From Octopus sinensis (Eukaryota): DNA of 42,456 bases. Below are positions 11,301 through 25,425 of the stretch, in pieces. The stretch lies in NCBI RefSeq assembly GCF_006345805.1, contig NW_021835198.1, positions 1 to 42,456 of the forward strand. The letters run 5' to 3'. Position 1 is the first letter of the stretch. Each line of letters begins with the position of its first letter. The notes below the pieces were generated by a model. The model saw nothing but the letters and a program-made list of their open reading frames with translations. It did not search any database and was not told the DNA's origin. A program made the position numbers and the translations under genes.

Positions 11301-11539
11301 TATGATAATGATATACGACGAGTTTCAAATCGGTTTCCGCCTATCAGATTCACTGACGTATCATGGAATGGACCAGAGTTTTAGTAGAAGACACTCGCCC
11401 AAGAGGCCGCGCGGTGGGACTGAGCCTGAAATTACACGGTTTTTTCAAGCATACGCACGCATATAGCACGCAGAATCGCCCTAATATTATTCAAGACACT
11501 AGGTTGCATTCGACTGAACCGAATATATATATATATATA

Positions 11540-11692
11540 GGCGCAGGAGTGGCTGTGTGGTAAGTAGCTGGTTTACCAACCACATGGTTCCGGGTTCAGT
11601 CCCACTGCATGGCACCTTGGGCAAGTGTCTTCTACTATAGCCTCGGGCCGACCAATGCCTTGTGAGTGGATTTGGTAGACGGAAACTGAAAG
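11540..11692 (+). mobile_element. SINE family A (tRNA head + CORE-like), 5' part
   Basis: ggcgcaggagtggctgtgtggt (A box), gggttcagtccc (B box), accttgggcaagtgtct (CORE-like); nearly identical to the start of 31826; preceded by (TA)n. Confidence 0.9.
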
Positions 11693-12341
11693 AAAAAAAA
11701 TCCTCTCCTTAATGTATCATTCTACAAATTACATAGAATATATTGTACGGTATAAAAGAAAAACAAAAGGAATGTATATAGTTATAAAGAGAGGAAAATG
11801 TATTTTTTTTACCATTGGATATTCATATTTAACAACAATTATTTCGCAGGTTAATAAATACGCATAAATAATTTATTCTATTATAATCTATAATAATAAT
11901 AAAAAAAAAATATTTACATGTCTGTGTGAATATATACACAATTTTTAAATTGATGCAGTCAGGTTAAAAGAATTCCATGTTTATAATTATATCTTAACAT
12001 TTCAAAACTCAGATACTGAATTTTTAAAACATTAAGATATGGGCTAAGAATGAAATCAATAGGCTCAACAACACCGTTTCTAAGACAAGGGAAGGGAAAT
12101 TTAGTAGGATATTAAAAAGTAAATACTAAGTAATTTTGGTAAAAGAGCTGCTTAAAGACGGTTAAATATTTAGTTTTATCGTGTCGTTTTTTCTCTATCT
12201 CTACTATTTTTTATTTTCTCGGTTGTCAATGCTATATATATGATTTTCCTATTCACTCATTTATAGTTAACTTTCTCTTAGAGGGAGAGAGAGAGAGAGA
12301 GAGAGAGTTGGAGTGAGAGAAGGAGAGTGAGAGAAAGAGGG

Positions 12342-12520
12342 AGCAGACATGGCTTTATGGTAAGAAGCTTGCTTCCCAACCACATGGAGTCGGGTTCTGT
12401 TCCACTGCGTGGCACCATCGGAGAACGTCATTTACGACATCGTAGGGCCGATCCGAAACCATGTGAGTGGATTTGGGAGACAGATATTGAACGAAACCAG
12501 TCGCGCCGGGTGTGTGTATA

Positions 12521-12568
<48 letters not shown>

Positions 12569-12800
12569 ATATATATATATATATGCGCATGTGTTTTTAT
12601 ATATATGTATGTTGTGCGTGTATGTCTTTGTGTCTGTGTTCATCAGCCGTCATCTCTGGACACAAACGGTAGAATAAGTTAAAAGTCTTAAAGAGAAGCA
12701 AAAGAAAAAGAAAAAAACGAATTGCTGCCGATACATTCGAATACAGGGACACAAAAACTCTTCAAAGCGGTGCTCCAGCATATAACAACTGAAGCAAGCA
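12342..12800 (+). mobile_element. SINE family A-like, degenerate, with expanded internal (TA)n
   Basis: Head ..aagaagcttgcttcccaaccacatgg..cactgcgtggcacc; tail aaagcggtgctccagcat..aactgaagcaag. Confidence 0.65.
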
Positions 12801-12855
12801 ACGTGAATGTGTGTATATGTGTATATATAATATATATATATATATCTATATATAT

Positions 12856-12890
<35 letters not shown>

Positions 12891-13064
12891 ATATATATAT
12901 GTATATATATTATATATGTATGCATATAGATATACCTATGTATATGTGCATATATATATGAACACACACACACACACACACACAATATAAATTATAGAAA
13001 CATACGTTTTTATTTTATAAAAATATTTTATTTCTATACGCAGTCAAACGCTCAAATATCTACA

Positions 13065-13103
<39 letters not shown>

Positions 13104-13274
13104 CACATATATAAATACATATCTATATACACACATATATACATACGGGAGTCATACACAAATGTCGATCAGCTGAAAATGCATGATTTGATTGAACATT
13201 TTTAGCATGTAATTTCCCAGATGGCTTATGTTCCACGAAATACGATTAGTCCATCTTTCCATCTGGTTTTCATT

Positions 13275-13284
13275 ACTCTATCTT

Positions 13285-13361
<77 letters not shown>

Positions 13362-13368
13362 TTATCTA

Positions 13369-13410
<42 letters not shown>
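13275..13410. repeat. (TCTA)n(TC)n(TA)n microsatellite
   Basis: Read directly. Confidence 0.95.
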
Positions 13411-13417
<7 letters not shown>

Positions 13418-13655
13418 TAATGTAAATAAATATATCCAGATATTGAACGTATTTTTATAATTCTCCTTTTATGTGAAAATCAATCGTTTTACGTATTTGT
13501 CAATTAATGCTCTTGTCTATTTTTCACCACCACCATAAACAACAGCTGATATATATATATATATATATCATATAAACACACACTTATACATATACTTATA
13601 TGTATATGCGTCATAAATATGGTACGTATGATGACATGCACTTCTATGTATATTT

Positions 13656-13689
<34 letters not shown>

Positions 13690-14309
13690 GATATATATAT
13701 ATATATATATTATAATATATACATATATATATATGTAATGTAGTTAACTTACATAAATGTATAATTGCATATGATAAACTTGCACATGCATATGACTTTA
13801 TGTACGTATATTCAGGTACAAAAGAATGCAGATGACAACATGCACACCTGCACTAATGAAGTGCTGTATTCAGCAAAACCATAAGAGACAAGCAATGTTA
13901 TATATATATACATATATATATCTATATATATATATATATATACATACCCACATATGTATAAATATATATATATATATACATATATAAATAAATATGTGCA
14001 TGTATATATATATATATATATACATGTATACTTAACTGCACATAGACACACACATAAATACGTATGTCCATACATGCAACACATTATATATACTTACATA
14101 TAAACATACATATATGCATATATACTTGCATACATGCATACATACATATGTGTAATATATTATATATATATATATATATAATATGTGTGTGTGTGTGTGG
14201 GTGTGTGTGTGTGTGTGTACAAATACATACTTACATATATTTATAAATTTATAGATGCGTACGAACACACACACACACACACACACACACCACCATATCA
14301 TATATATAT

Positions 14310-14340
<31 letters not shown>

Positions 14341-15054
14341 ACGATAGAGAGAGAGAAAGAGAGAGAGAGAGAGAAAGAAAGAGAGACAGAGAGGGAGTGA
14401 TGGAGAAAGAGAGAAAGAGAGGGTGGGGTGAAGGGAAAAACGACTTCAGTGTAATAATTCTGAACAAAATGGGTAGCAATCACATAAAAAATTGAAAATC
14501 GGAGCTAAAAATACAAATTGACCGATAAATGAATTGGTAATTCCATGAATTTATAGATGGGAAATGACATAGAAAGTATGTATGTTTATTTATAGACACA
14601 CACACAGACTCACACGTACAGACACATATAGACATACACACACACACATACATACGCTCATACCACAGACAACCATACAATCGCACAAATGCATAAGCAT
14701 ATACATGTATGGCCATGCATATATAATATATATATATATAATATACACACACATAGGCATTCTTATATATATGTTTGTACATGTGGTTGTATATATATAT
14801 ATAGGCATATATAATATACATACATAATATACATATACGTGTCGATATCCATATAGGTACATATGTTTATATAAATGTAAATACGCGTGTATATATAGAT
14901 ATATATATGTATGTAAACATACGTATATACACATGTGTATATACGTGTATGTATCCACAGATGTACACGTATGTACGTGTATATATATATATATGTAACT
15001 ATGCAGATATGTATATATATATGTACACATACATAAATTCATATATACATATGC

Positions 15055-15085
<31 letters not shown>

Positions 15086-15290
15086 ATATATACATATATA
15101 TGTGTGTGTGTGTGTATGCTTATGAGTCTGTATATTTCGTATGCATCATATGCACATGTGTTATGTTATGTTCCAATAGAAAAAGTAACGATGATGATTA
15201 CATTTTATTCAGATTGGGAGAGAACCAGTATTGTTATCCAATTTTTTCTATTATTGCTTCACAATTTTTTGTCATACAATACCATTAACG

Positions 15291-15634
<344 letters not shown>

Positions 15635-15888
15635 GGATGTATGGATGTAAATTCCATGGTCTAAACTGATAACAATTGTTGGCCTGTTCATTCTTTCTTT
15701 CTACCGTACCCCCACCACACACCTATGCATATATTTATGTTTGCATATTTATATTTGTATATAACACACACACACACACACAAATGGCTCTTTAACTTTA
15801 TACATATATATTTGTAGATAACATATAATTATATTATATATATAAATATATACATATATACATGTGTATTATTTGTATGATATATATA

Positions 15889-15937
<49 letters not shown>

Positions 15938-16239
15938 GTGTGTGTGTGCGTGCCCGCGCGCGTGTGTATTATTTTTTTACGTACCAGCTGACGTACCCGG
16001 TAATTCCCGAGAAAGCGGGGCTTGTCCCTTGGTTCCGTTCTCATAATTGTTTCACTAATCCAATAACAACAATACAAAGTATGTATCCCTTAAATCGGTT
16101 TTTGTGCATTTACAGAGAATACCGAACTGTCTTACACAGGACCTTGATTTTAGGAATTCCCACACATCTACTTCCACCTTATGCAAGTTTCTTAATTATT
16201 TGTGGCAGGGCGCACACTCGCGTACACACAGACACACAC

Positions 16240-16325
16240 ATAGTGGCAGGTGAGTCGGTGTGGTAAGATACTTGCTTTCCAACCACAGTGTTCCAGGTTC
16301 GGTCACACTGCATGGTACCTCGGGT
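16240..16325 (+). mobile_element. SINE family A head, degenerate
   Basis: gtgtggtaagatacttgctttccaaccacagtgttccaggttcggtcacactgcatggtacctcggg. Confidence 0.6.
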
Positions 16326-16699
16326 AGAGAGCAGTGACGGCTCGTATACAGTCTCTGTGGAACTGCAGCGCCCCCTATTTCTACTCGTTATTATCGATAA
16401 CATTCAATATGACTCCGTTTTTCTTTAATTCTTTTATACGTTAAGCTTGATATTTGCAGCCATCCCCTACTTTATGTAAAAGATAAAAATCCTTGTATAG
16501 AACTTTGGGCTTTACAGTTCCAGCGACGCGATGTTTGGCTGTTGTATGCATGCTCATATAACTGAGATAGGAAGCTTCACACTAGGGAGATAGAGCACTG
16601 CGTGAAAGACAGTGCCGACCCCGTTGTTCCAGTGAAATGTTTCTTTTTGACTCCTCATGTGTTGTGCTTAAAAGCGTGTAGAATTAGATTATTATCCTG

Positions 16700-18090
16700 C
16701 TTCCAGCTTGTGTTGCATATTTTCCCCTATTATTTTGTGATTTTTGAAAGCAAGGGGTAATTCGCGGCGGTGTTTAGTGAACAAATTAAACACACTCCTT
16801 GGTTGTGGCTAAAACGCGAATCCATGAAGTTTATGTATAGTTTCTTTTTATATGTTTGTTTCCTTTTACACAATTTTAAAATAACGGCTAAAATTTTTCT
16901 GATGCAGCAACTCCACTAATTTTATCTACGAGCCGCCACTGGTAGAAAAAGACTTGACTATATGTCATTCAATTTCATTTAGGGACTTTCTCAGTAAGTT
17001 GTTTTGCTAAAGCTGATAGTTGAAATCCGAATTAAGTCAATAAAAGCAATATAATGTGGGTACATCCATTGACCAGCACTACCTGACTTCTAAAAGTCGT
17101 GAAGCCACTCTCCAAGTGTTCGCACTTAGCCGAGACAGCGTAGCTTGTGAAATATCATATTGTGGTCTAGACTTTAAACCGGTTTTCACAAAGTCGAGAT
17201 ATGTGACGTCTACATTTGAGTTGTTGAGCAGCTGCTTTGATACTCAGTGCTGTAAGAGCTGAGTCAGTCAGGTTCTTCCTGATCGAAAAGTAGGCTGGCT
17301 ATCATTCTCTTCAAGTCATTCTCTTCGGACAATTCGTTCCCTGACTTTACTGTTGCGTGAAGTCAGAGACATAACCCTATAATTTTGAGCATCTGCTCTG
17401 CCTCCTCCCTTACAAATAGGACATGTTATTCTCTCCTTCAGTTTGTTTGGGATTTCACCACTCGAAAGGAAACTCTGAAAAAGAAGCTACACTGGTTTTA
17501 CAAGGGCTCGTTTGCATTATTTGAGAGGTATTGCCGAGAATCCATCAGGGCCAGCAGCTGAGTTTGCGTCTGTTAGATCTATGGCCAGTATTACATCTTT
17601 GATGTCGAGCTAATCGATTCTTACTGTCTCCATGCTTACAAGTGTAGTGGCAAAGCACTCCACTGGTTTGTCCACTTGCCTGTGTCGTAACGGGGTTGTG
17701 AAAACACTTTTGAAATGTTTGTTCAGTATTTCGTTTAACCTCTTTTGCTTTCCTGTGATGGAGCCATCCTTTTGGATGTGGTGGTGGGGTATCTTGTAGT
17801 GTATTGAGGCAAAATTAAGGAAAGCTTTAAGGTTTGACATTATTGTTTTTATAACCGAATCTTCTTTATCAATTCTCGCTTTTTCATGGGATTGTTGTAG
17901 ACTTTTCTCAATTGCGTTCAGTGTTGTTTTCAGGCGGGATTTTCACAACTTTTGAAATGTTTAAGCAAACCGCAAACTTTATTCATCATCTCATAATGAT
18001 TTACCTCGACACCAAAACATAATTTAAAGAAGATTTTGCAGATTTATCGAAGAATTTGATCGCCAAAACGACTTGCATTTCGTATGAAAT
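16700..18090 (-). mobile_element. CR1/L2(Jockey-group)-like LINE RT remnant
   Basis: Minus frame with stops: DANSAAGPDGFSAIPLK*CKRALVKPV*LLFQSFLSSGEIPNKLKE..PICKGGGRADAQNYRVMSLTS..NVDVTYLDFVK (RT motifs GPDG, NYR.SLTS, YLDF). Boundaries approximate. Confidence 0.8.
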
Positions 18091-18498
18091 GACGGAATAT
18101 ATTTTCTAGGATATTATAATAGAGATTACTATATATTATAGAATATATAAAATTAAGCCATTTCTGAAATAAAATAAAACAATTGTGCATCTCTCTCCCA
18201 CATCTATTCTGTGTTTATCTTTGCATACTCACACACACATGGACACACAAACACACACACACACATGTGAGCGTATACATACAAACACACTTATATAATG
18301 GTATATTCATGTCTCTGTGTGAGTATATTTCTCCCTATATATGTCTGTATGTCGTTGTGTACATTTATATGGGTCTGTAGATGCATCCATTTTTAAATGG
18401 ATCGTTTATTTAGAAAGCATAAAACCAAAATGAAAACATTTACTTTAAAGATAATAAAGATATCGTCACACGAACTGATACATACATATATATATATA

Positions 18499-18543
<45 letters not shown>

Positions 18544-18936
18544 TACACACATACACACATACACACATATATTCTTATGAACGCATATATACGTACATAC
18601 ATACATTCATTCATTTATACATGCATACATATATCATTACGTAATACATACATGTATACGTTCATACACACATACATACATTCTTTTATACATACACACA
18701 AACATACATGCATGCATACATACATTCATATATACGTACGAAGAAACACAGACACACATCCACATACATTCACACACTCCCATATAAATGCATGCTTGCA
18801 TTTATGTATATCTGTGCGAAAGTTTGTATTGTATATATATGTATGTACGTATATACGTATGTATGTATATATGTATGTACATAGCTATATACATATATCC
18901 TCATACATAATGTCTGTATCTATATGCGTGTGTGCA

Positions 18937-18969
18937 TGTGTGGATATATATATAATATACATCTCTCTT

Positions 18970-19006
<37 letters not shown>

Positions 19007-19287
19007 GCTACATATATATGTGTGTGTGTATATATATATATATAATATATATATATATACATACACACATACACACATACACACATACACACATACACAC
19101 ATACACACATACACACATACACACATACACACATACACACATACACACATACACACATACACACATACACACATATGTGTGGATATATATATAATATACA
19201 TCTCTCTTTCTCTCTCTCTCTATATATATATATATACATCTCTCTTTCTCTCTCTCTCTCTATATATATATATATGCTACATATATA

Positions 19288-19319
<32 letters not shown>

Positions 19320-19440
19320 ATATATATATATATACATACACACATACACACATACACACATACACACATACACACATACACACATACACACATACACACA
19401 TACACACATACACACATACACACATATGTGTGGATATATA
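18937..19440. repeat. Tandem duplication of a ~240-250-bp compound microsatellite unit including (CATACACA)n
   Basis: Unit starts tgtgtggatata at 18937, 19176 and 19427. Confidence 0.85.
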
Positions 19441-19625
19441 TATATATATGCTACTATATATGTGTGTGTGTGTGTATGTATGTGTGCGCGCATAGTGGCG
19501 TGTGAATATATATATATATATATATACACCTACATGCATATATACAAATATGTGTATGTGTATATATATATATATAATATAATAATTATATATCTATAGC
19601 ATATATATATATATGTATATGTATG

Positions 19626-19721
<96 letters not shown>

Positions 19722-19837
19722 GCATAAATATACACACCGTAGATAGAAATTATACACTCATCATTTTTCATGCCACGCGTATGGGTGTATATCTTAAGAA
19801 AATTAACAGGCAAAAAGAAAAATAATATACAAATTAA

Positions 19838-19870
<33 letters not shown>

Positions 19871-20124
19871 ACAAGTAAATATGAATGCATGAAGGACGTG
19901 CGCGCATATATACAAACATAGACACAGACACATATTTCACACATATATATATATATACATTTACACTGAAACATATACATTTATCTACAATATATACACA
20001 CATGCACACACATGTGTATAGTTATGAGTATAATAAGAGTATATAATGTTCATACGTGAAAACGCTTATCTTGCAAATGACTTAAACAGAAAGAATAGCT
20101 CTTAAGCATTTCTTTGACTCGTTC

Positions 20125-20162
20125 CATTATTACTATTATTATTATTATTATTATTATTATTA

Positions 20163-20213
<51 letters not shown>

Positions 20214-20239
20214 TATTAACATCATCATTATTATTATTA

Positions 20240-20275
<36 letters not shown>

Positions 20276-20308
20276 TTATTATTATTACCTTCATCATTAT
20301 TATTATTA

Positions 20309-20363
<55 letters not shown>

Positions 20364-20370
20364 CATTAGT
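20125..20370. repeat. (TTA)n degenerate tract
   Basis: Read directly. Confidence 0.95.
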
Positions 20371-20914
20371 CGTAGTAGTATCGTCTTCATTATGATCACG
20401 ATCGTCATCGCCGTCATCGTCACTATCATCGTGTATCTAAGCGTAGATACTGACGAGGGACATCGTAGTTGGTGGCTCGAATCCCAATGGATTCCGCACG
20501 AAACTTTGCTTTTCATAATTTTTTTTTCGTTACATCTATAAACATAATACCAGTAATATATAATATGGGATGGAGTAGCGGGTGGAGGATCTTGGTGAAG
20601 GTTGAGAGTGTGTGCGTTGATGAGATCAAATGAAACGCAATCCCCATTACCATCTCGCCACTCCCGCCGCCAGCATCATCGCCAACATTTCTTCTTGATT
20701 CCTCTCCAATATTTGCTTCGGTGTTTGCTTTAACAATTCTCCTTCGTCCCGCCATAAAGCTTTCTCAAGCAACTGGAAGATTAAAAAGAGTTGTTTCCCA
20801 TTGAATTCCCCGACAGTCGAGGGAACTCATTCGCGAAAATAACGTATGTAGATTGGTTAAAGACTTATTCGTGAGGCGTGACATCATTAGATCAGTATCG
20901 ATCTATCTTAATTT

Positions 20915-21010
20915 TATATCTCTTATTTCGTTTCAGTCATTAGACTGCGGCCATGCTGGGGCACCGTCTCGAGGAATTTTAATAGAGCTAGTCGACCCCA
21001 GGACTTGCTT
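20915..21010 (-). mobile_element. SINE family A 3' tail fragment
   Basis: gtttcagtcattagactgcggccatgctgg..gtcgaccccaggact is the reverse complement of the tail at ~32150-32225. Confidence 0.7.
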
Positions 21011-21016
21011 TCTTTT

Positions 21017-21383
21017 TTTACGTAGGATATGGGCAGTTTTCATGAGCATTATCTTTTGAATTTCTGCCATTTTGGGGTTTCCTGGTATTTGAGCTAGGTA
21101 GCAATCAGCCCCTTTTGCTATCATGCCTAGGGTACCTATGACAACAGGTATTGTTTTAGTCTTCTGGTACCACATTTTGCTAATTTCTATTTCTAGATCT
21201 TTATACTTACTCAGTTTTTGGTAGGTCTTGACTGATACGTTGATATCGATTGGGACAGTCATATCAATGAGGAGGCATGATTTTTGTCTGAAGTCTTTTA
21301 ATATGATATATGGCCTATTCGCACCTATCCTTTTGTCAGTTTGAATGGCGAAGTTCCAGAGGAGTGAGATGTGATCATTTGAC
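21017..21383 (-). mobile_element. R4/Dong-like LINE fragment (RLE domain)
   Basis: LLWNFAIQTDKRIGANRP..LKDFRQKSCLLIDMTVPIDINVSVKTYQKLSKYKDLEIEISKMW..IPVVIGTLG..AHILR; 5' truncation abuts (TAA)n on its sense strand. Confidence 0.9.
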
Positions 21384-21586
<203 letters not shown>

Positions 21587-24500
21587 GCCTTTGCACAGCT
21601 TCTAATGCTGGAGATGTATTATAGTGTCATCTGTTCACTACCAGTGAACTAAGGTAACGCCTCTTATTTTCCGACCACCTTACAGAGTATTCGAGCAGTT
21701 CCAAGCAGTACTGTTTTCTGCAAGTGCTCCACCTTATTGCAGCCCCTATTTGTTCCACGTACTTCTCGAGATTTTTGCTCACTGTTCCCAGGGCTCCGAC
21801 AATTATTGGTACTACTGCTACCTTTTTCATCGACCACAACTGCTTAACTTTCCAAGCTAACCTGTCGCAGCTCTCGACTTTTCTTCTTTATCGCATACCT
21901 TGTTGTTGGCTGGGCATGCTATATCTATGATCCAGCATAGTTTGTTTTCTTTCTCAATTAAGACTATGTCTGGCTTCCTATTCTCTATCTCATGGTTGCA
22001 CTGAATCATAAAATCCCATAGGATCTTTGCATTTATATTTTCGACAATGCCCGTAACAATTTTTTGCTCTGTCAGGTCTATACTTGTTGCAAAGTGTCCA
22101 ATGGACAAGCCTGGCTATATTGTTGTGGTATCTCTTATATTCCTTCTGGGCTAGTGGCATACATTGGCTGGTAATATGCCATAAGGTTTCACTATTTTCC
22201 CACAGATTCTGGGCTTATCACTTTCTGCTGTGTTGTCTATTTTGTATTTTATGTAGTTGGTTCTTAGTGCTTGCTCTTGGGCAGCACAAATTAGAGTCTC
22301 CGTTTCCGGTTTTAAATCCCTTTTAGTCATCCACAGCCATCTTTTTTCTCTGTCTGTCTTATCTTCAACATCCCTATGAAATTGACCATGCACTCTTTTC
22401 TCTACCCACCTATTTTCTGTTTCATTCGTTTTCAATTTCTTGTATAGGGCTTTATCTTTGCTATCTTTCATCCTACACAAGCCTGACCTTCCTACTTCTA
22501 ATAATATCGATTCTGTGGCATTTTGTTACACACCATGCTATGTTGTTTTCTTCTGCTCAACTTATCGCATCCAATAAGTCCTCTTCCCTCTCTTTTTCTT
22601 GGTACATACAGTCTGTCCGTGTCAGTTTTGGGCTGGAGTGACCCATATCTTATCAGCAGCTTCCGGTTTTTTCTAAGCTGTTTAGTTCGTCTATGTCCAT
22701 GCGAGTACCCCTGCTCTATATCGAATGAGTGAACCCACCAAGATATTGATAGCTTCGATCTTTTCCGTCCATTTCATTTCGACTTAAGCATCAGTCTCTG
22801 TCTGCGTAAGTACTCCACCATATATTTTTCTGTCATTTCTTTCTCCATCAATTTATCCATTTTCCAAATCCCCAAGTACTTATAGCCCGTCTCTTCTATC
22901 TGCTTCATAACCTCCCCCGACGGTATCGTTAGTCCGTCCATACATTTGATTTTTGCCTCTCTTCAATACTAACACACCACAAATTTCTCTGTCCGAACTC
23001 CATTCTGATAGCAGCACTGAAGGTATACACCGTATCAACGAGCGAACTGACTTGGGATTCATCTTTACCATAAAGTTTGAGGTCGTCCATGAATAACAAA
23101 TGGTTGACTTTTTGCTGGCGGTTTTGAATACATACCCAACCGTTGCTTTCCTCAGAATAGTGTCAGTGGTATCAAGCACAGTGCAAAGATCAGCGGGGAC
23201 AGGCAGTCTCCTTGGAAAATGCCCCTCCTAATTTCTACTGTCCTTAAACTTCTTCCGTATGCTGTCGTGTCCGTCCTCCAATTCGCCATACTTTTTCCAA
23301 GCAATCACTCAACATTCGATGCAATACCTATTTATTTACTACCCACAAGGGGCTAAACACAGAGAGGACAAACAAGGACAGACATAGGTATTAAGTCGAT
23401 TACATCGACCCCAGTGCGTAACTGGTACTTAATTTATCGACCCCGAAAGGATGAAAGGCAAAGTCGACCTCGGCGGAATTTGAACTCACAACGTAACGCA
23501 GACGAAATACCGCTAAGCATTTCGCCCGGCGTGCTAACGTTTCTGCCAGCTCGCCGCCTTTGCCAGCTCGCCGCCTTACCAATGCAATACCGATGCAATA
23601 CCAAACAGGTTCACACACTCCATAATCCAAGAATGTGGGATCATATCGTACGCCTACGATGATCGAACCATGACATGACTAAGTTACTTTTCCGCCTCTT
23701 GCAATCTCTGAGTAAAGTTTTATTTATCAGGAGTTGATCCTTGGTACCTCTGCACTTACGCTTGCAACCCTTCTGTTCATGTGGCAGGAATCCATTGTTT
23801 TCCAGATGTTCGTACATTAATTCTGCGAGTTTTCCAGTCAATAATTTCCACATAAGTGGCAAACAGGATATCAGCCTGTAATTGTCTACCGTATTGCCTT
23901 TTTCGATGTTTTTCAGACACAGTACTGTCCTACCCAATGCCAACAACCTGCGCAGCTATTCGTGCATGGCATTCACCAAACCTTTTGATCCAGTAGCCTT
24001 GAACTCCATCAGGTCGCGGGGCCTTCCAGCTGCTCATTTTTTTTTTTTTTGCTGAAATGACTAGTTCTGCCTGTTTTGAACAGACTACTGCTTGTTTCAG
24101 TTCTTGCAACCATTCAGCATCCTTCTTGTGCTTCTTGTCTTTGTTCTAGATGTCACTCCCAAACCTTTGATTTTTAATGTTATCTAGTATCAACTTTTCA
24201 TCCGTACACTCTTCATTTATCTCTTCTGATTTACTGTCAGTAACATATTCTGGTGGTAACGCTTCATTCTTTGCTTGCATCTCACCATCTTAACTTTCTT
24301 TGCAACGAGGTGCTGTTTCAGTTCCCCCATTACTAATTTCAGGTCATTTCTTTCAACATCATATTTCCTTTTCAGCGTCCTGTATTTTTGTTCGCTTTTA
24401 ACCTCACCTTTTCTTTTCGGTCTAACACAGAGATTTCCTTCGGGAGCATGTCTAACTCTGCCTGGATTCTTCTTTTCCACCATGGATCTTTTCTTTTGTC

Positions 24501-25300
24501 ACTCCCATTATGTTTCTTTTTCTGGACCTCAACACCCACGTCTTCTGCTACAACAATACTTGCTGCCATGATCAAATTATTTTTTTCTGTGACGTTGTTT
24601 ATTTTGATGTATTTCAGAATTTCATTGGCAATTTTCGTTTCTTGGTTCAATTTCCATCGATCAACCTTTTTAAGGCTGCAAATAATGTCGCTACCGTTCT
24701 CCTGTAGTCTTACCTTTATTCTGTCGTGGATTGCCTTTTGTTCGTCTGTCATGTCGCTATTCGTTTTATCGTCTTCTTTTAGATCATCTCTATGTCTCTC
24801 ATCAAGTAAGCTCCCACTGCTCCTTTCCTGTGCTATGAGATTACTCTTATTAGTCAGAACTATATTTTCATTCTTATCTATGCTGCTATTGTCCATGACC
24901 TGTCTTTTGATAGCTTCGAGCTCTCCTTCTGTGAACCAACAATTTTTCCTATTGCTCTAGCTTGATCACATAGTCACTGTTCCGTGAGTTGAAACAATCA
25001 CTTTTCTCTCCAATGTTCATACATACGTTGTCGGTAACCCCTAATTTGAGCTCCAGTTTCATCTACCAAGTTGCCCAGGTAGTAACACTCCATGATCACA
25101 GCATTAATTTGCAAGCTCCATCTACGCCGTGTGTGGTGGTCCTTTTCTGGTTATCGACAGGTTGGAGCCGGACCAGAATCTCTGAGCCTACCGGGTGTAA
25201 CACTGTCACCATCATTGGCTTCAGTTTCGTTACCACCGTTATTCACAATATTTTGTTTTTTCATTGTCACTCATATGAGGTAGCGATTATTAGGTTACGC
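21587..25300 (-). mobile_element. Near full-length, decayed R4/Dong-like non-LTR retrotransposon (N-terminal domain, RT, CCHC knuckle, RLE)
   Basis: N-term RRRWSLQINAVIMECYY..GYRQRMYEHW; KDPWWKRRI; [16 protein letters not shown]; [16 protein letters not shown]; PHSWIMEC; HLLFMDDLKLY (FMDD at 23082-23093); RLYVPRKREGRGL; ETETLICAAQEQALRTN; ICGK..ETLWHITSQC; ILWDFMIQ..RKPDIVLI..IIDIACP; VVPIIVGALG. Many stops and frameshifts; (TAA)n tail. Confidence 0.95.
23329..23577 (-). mobile_element. SINE family B, young full-length copy nested in the Dong-like RT
   Basis: Intact head to tail; 11-bp target duplication gatgcaatacc at 23318-23328 and 23592-23602. Confidence 0.95.
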
Positions 25301-25356
25301 GATTATCAGTGTTTTTATTGTGACACCATCACTAGATGTATCATCATCATCATTGG

Positions 25357-25395
<39 letters not shown>

Positions 25396-25425
25396 TATTA
25401 TTATTATTATTATTATTATATTATT

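Noticed and set aside
11989-12040. Imperfect AT-rich hairpin
   Set aside because: Only 9 bp are perfect plus several mismatches in very AT-rich sequence; expected by chance.
20431-20510. CTGACGA...GAAAC with an upstream hairpin (possible type III hammerhead)
   Set aside because: The cleavage triplet would be GUG, stem II does not close at G10.1-C11.1, and stem III has only 2 bp.
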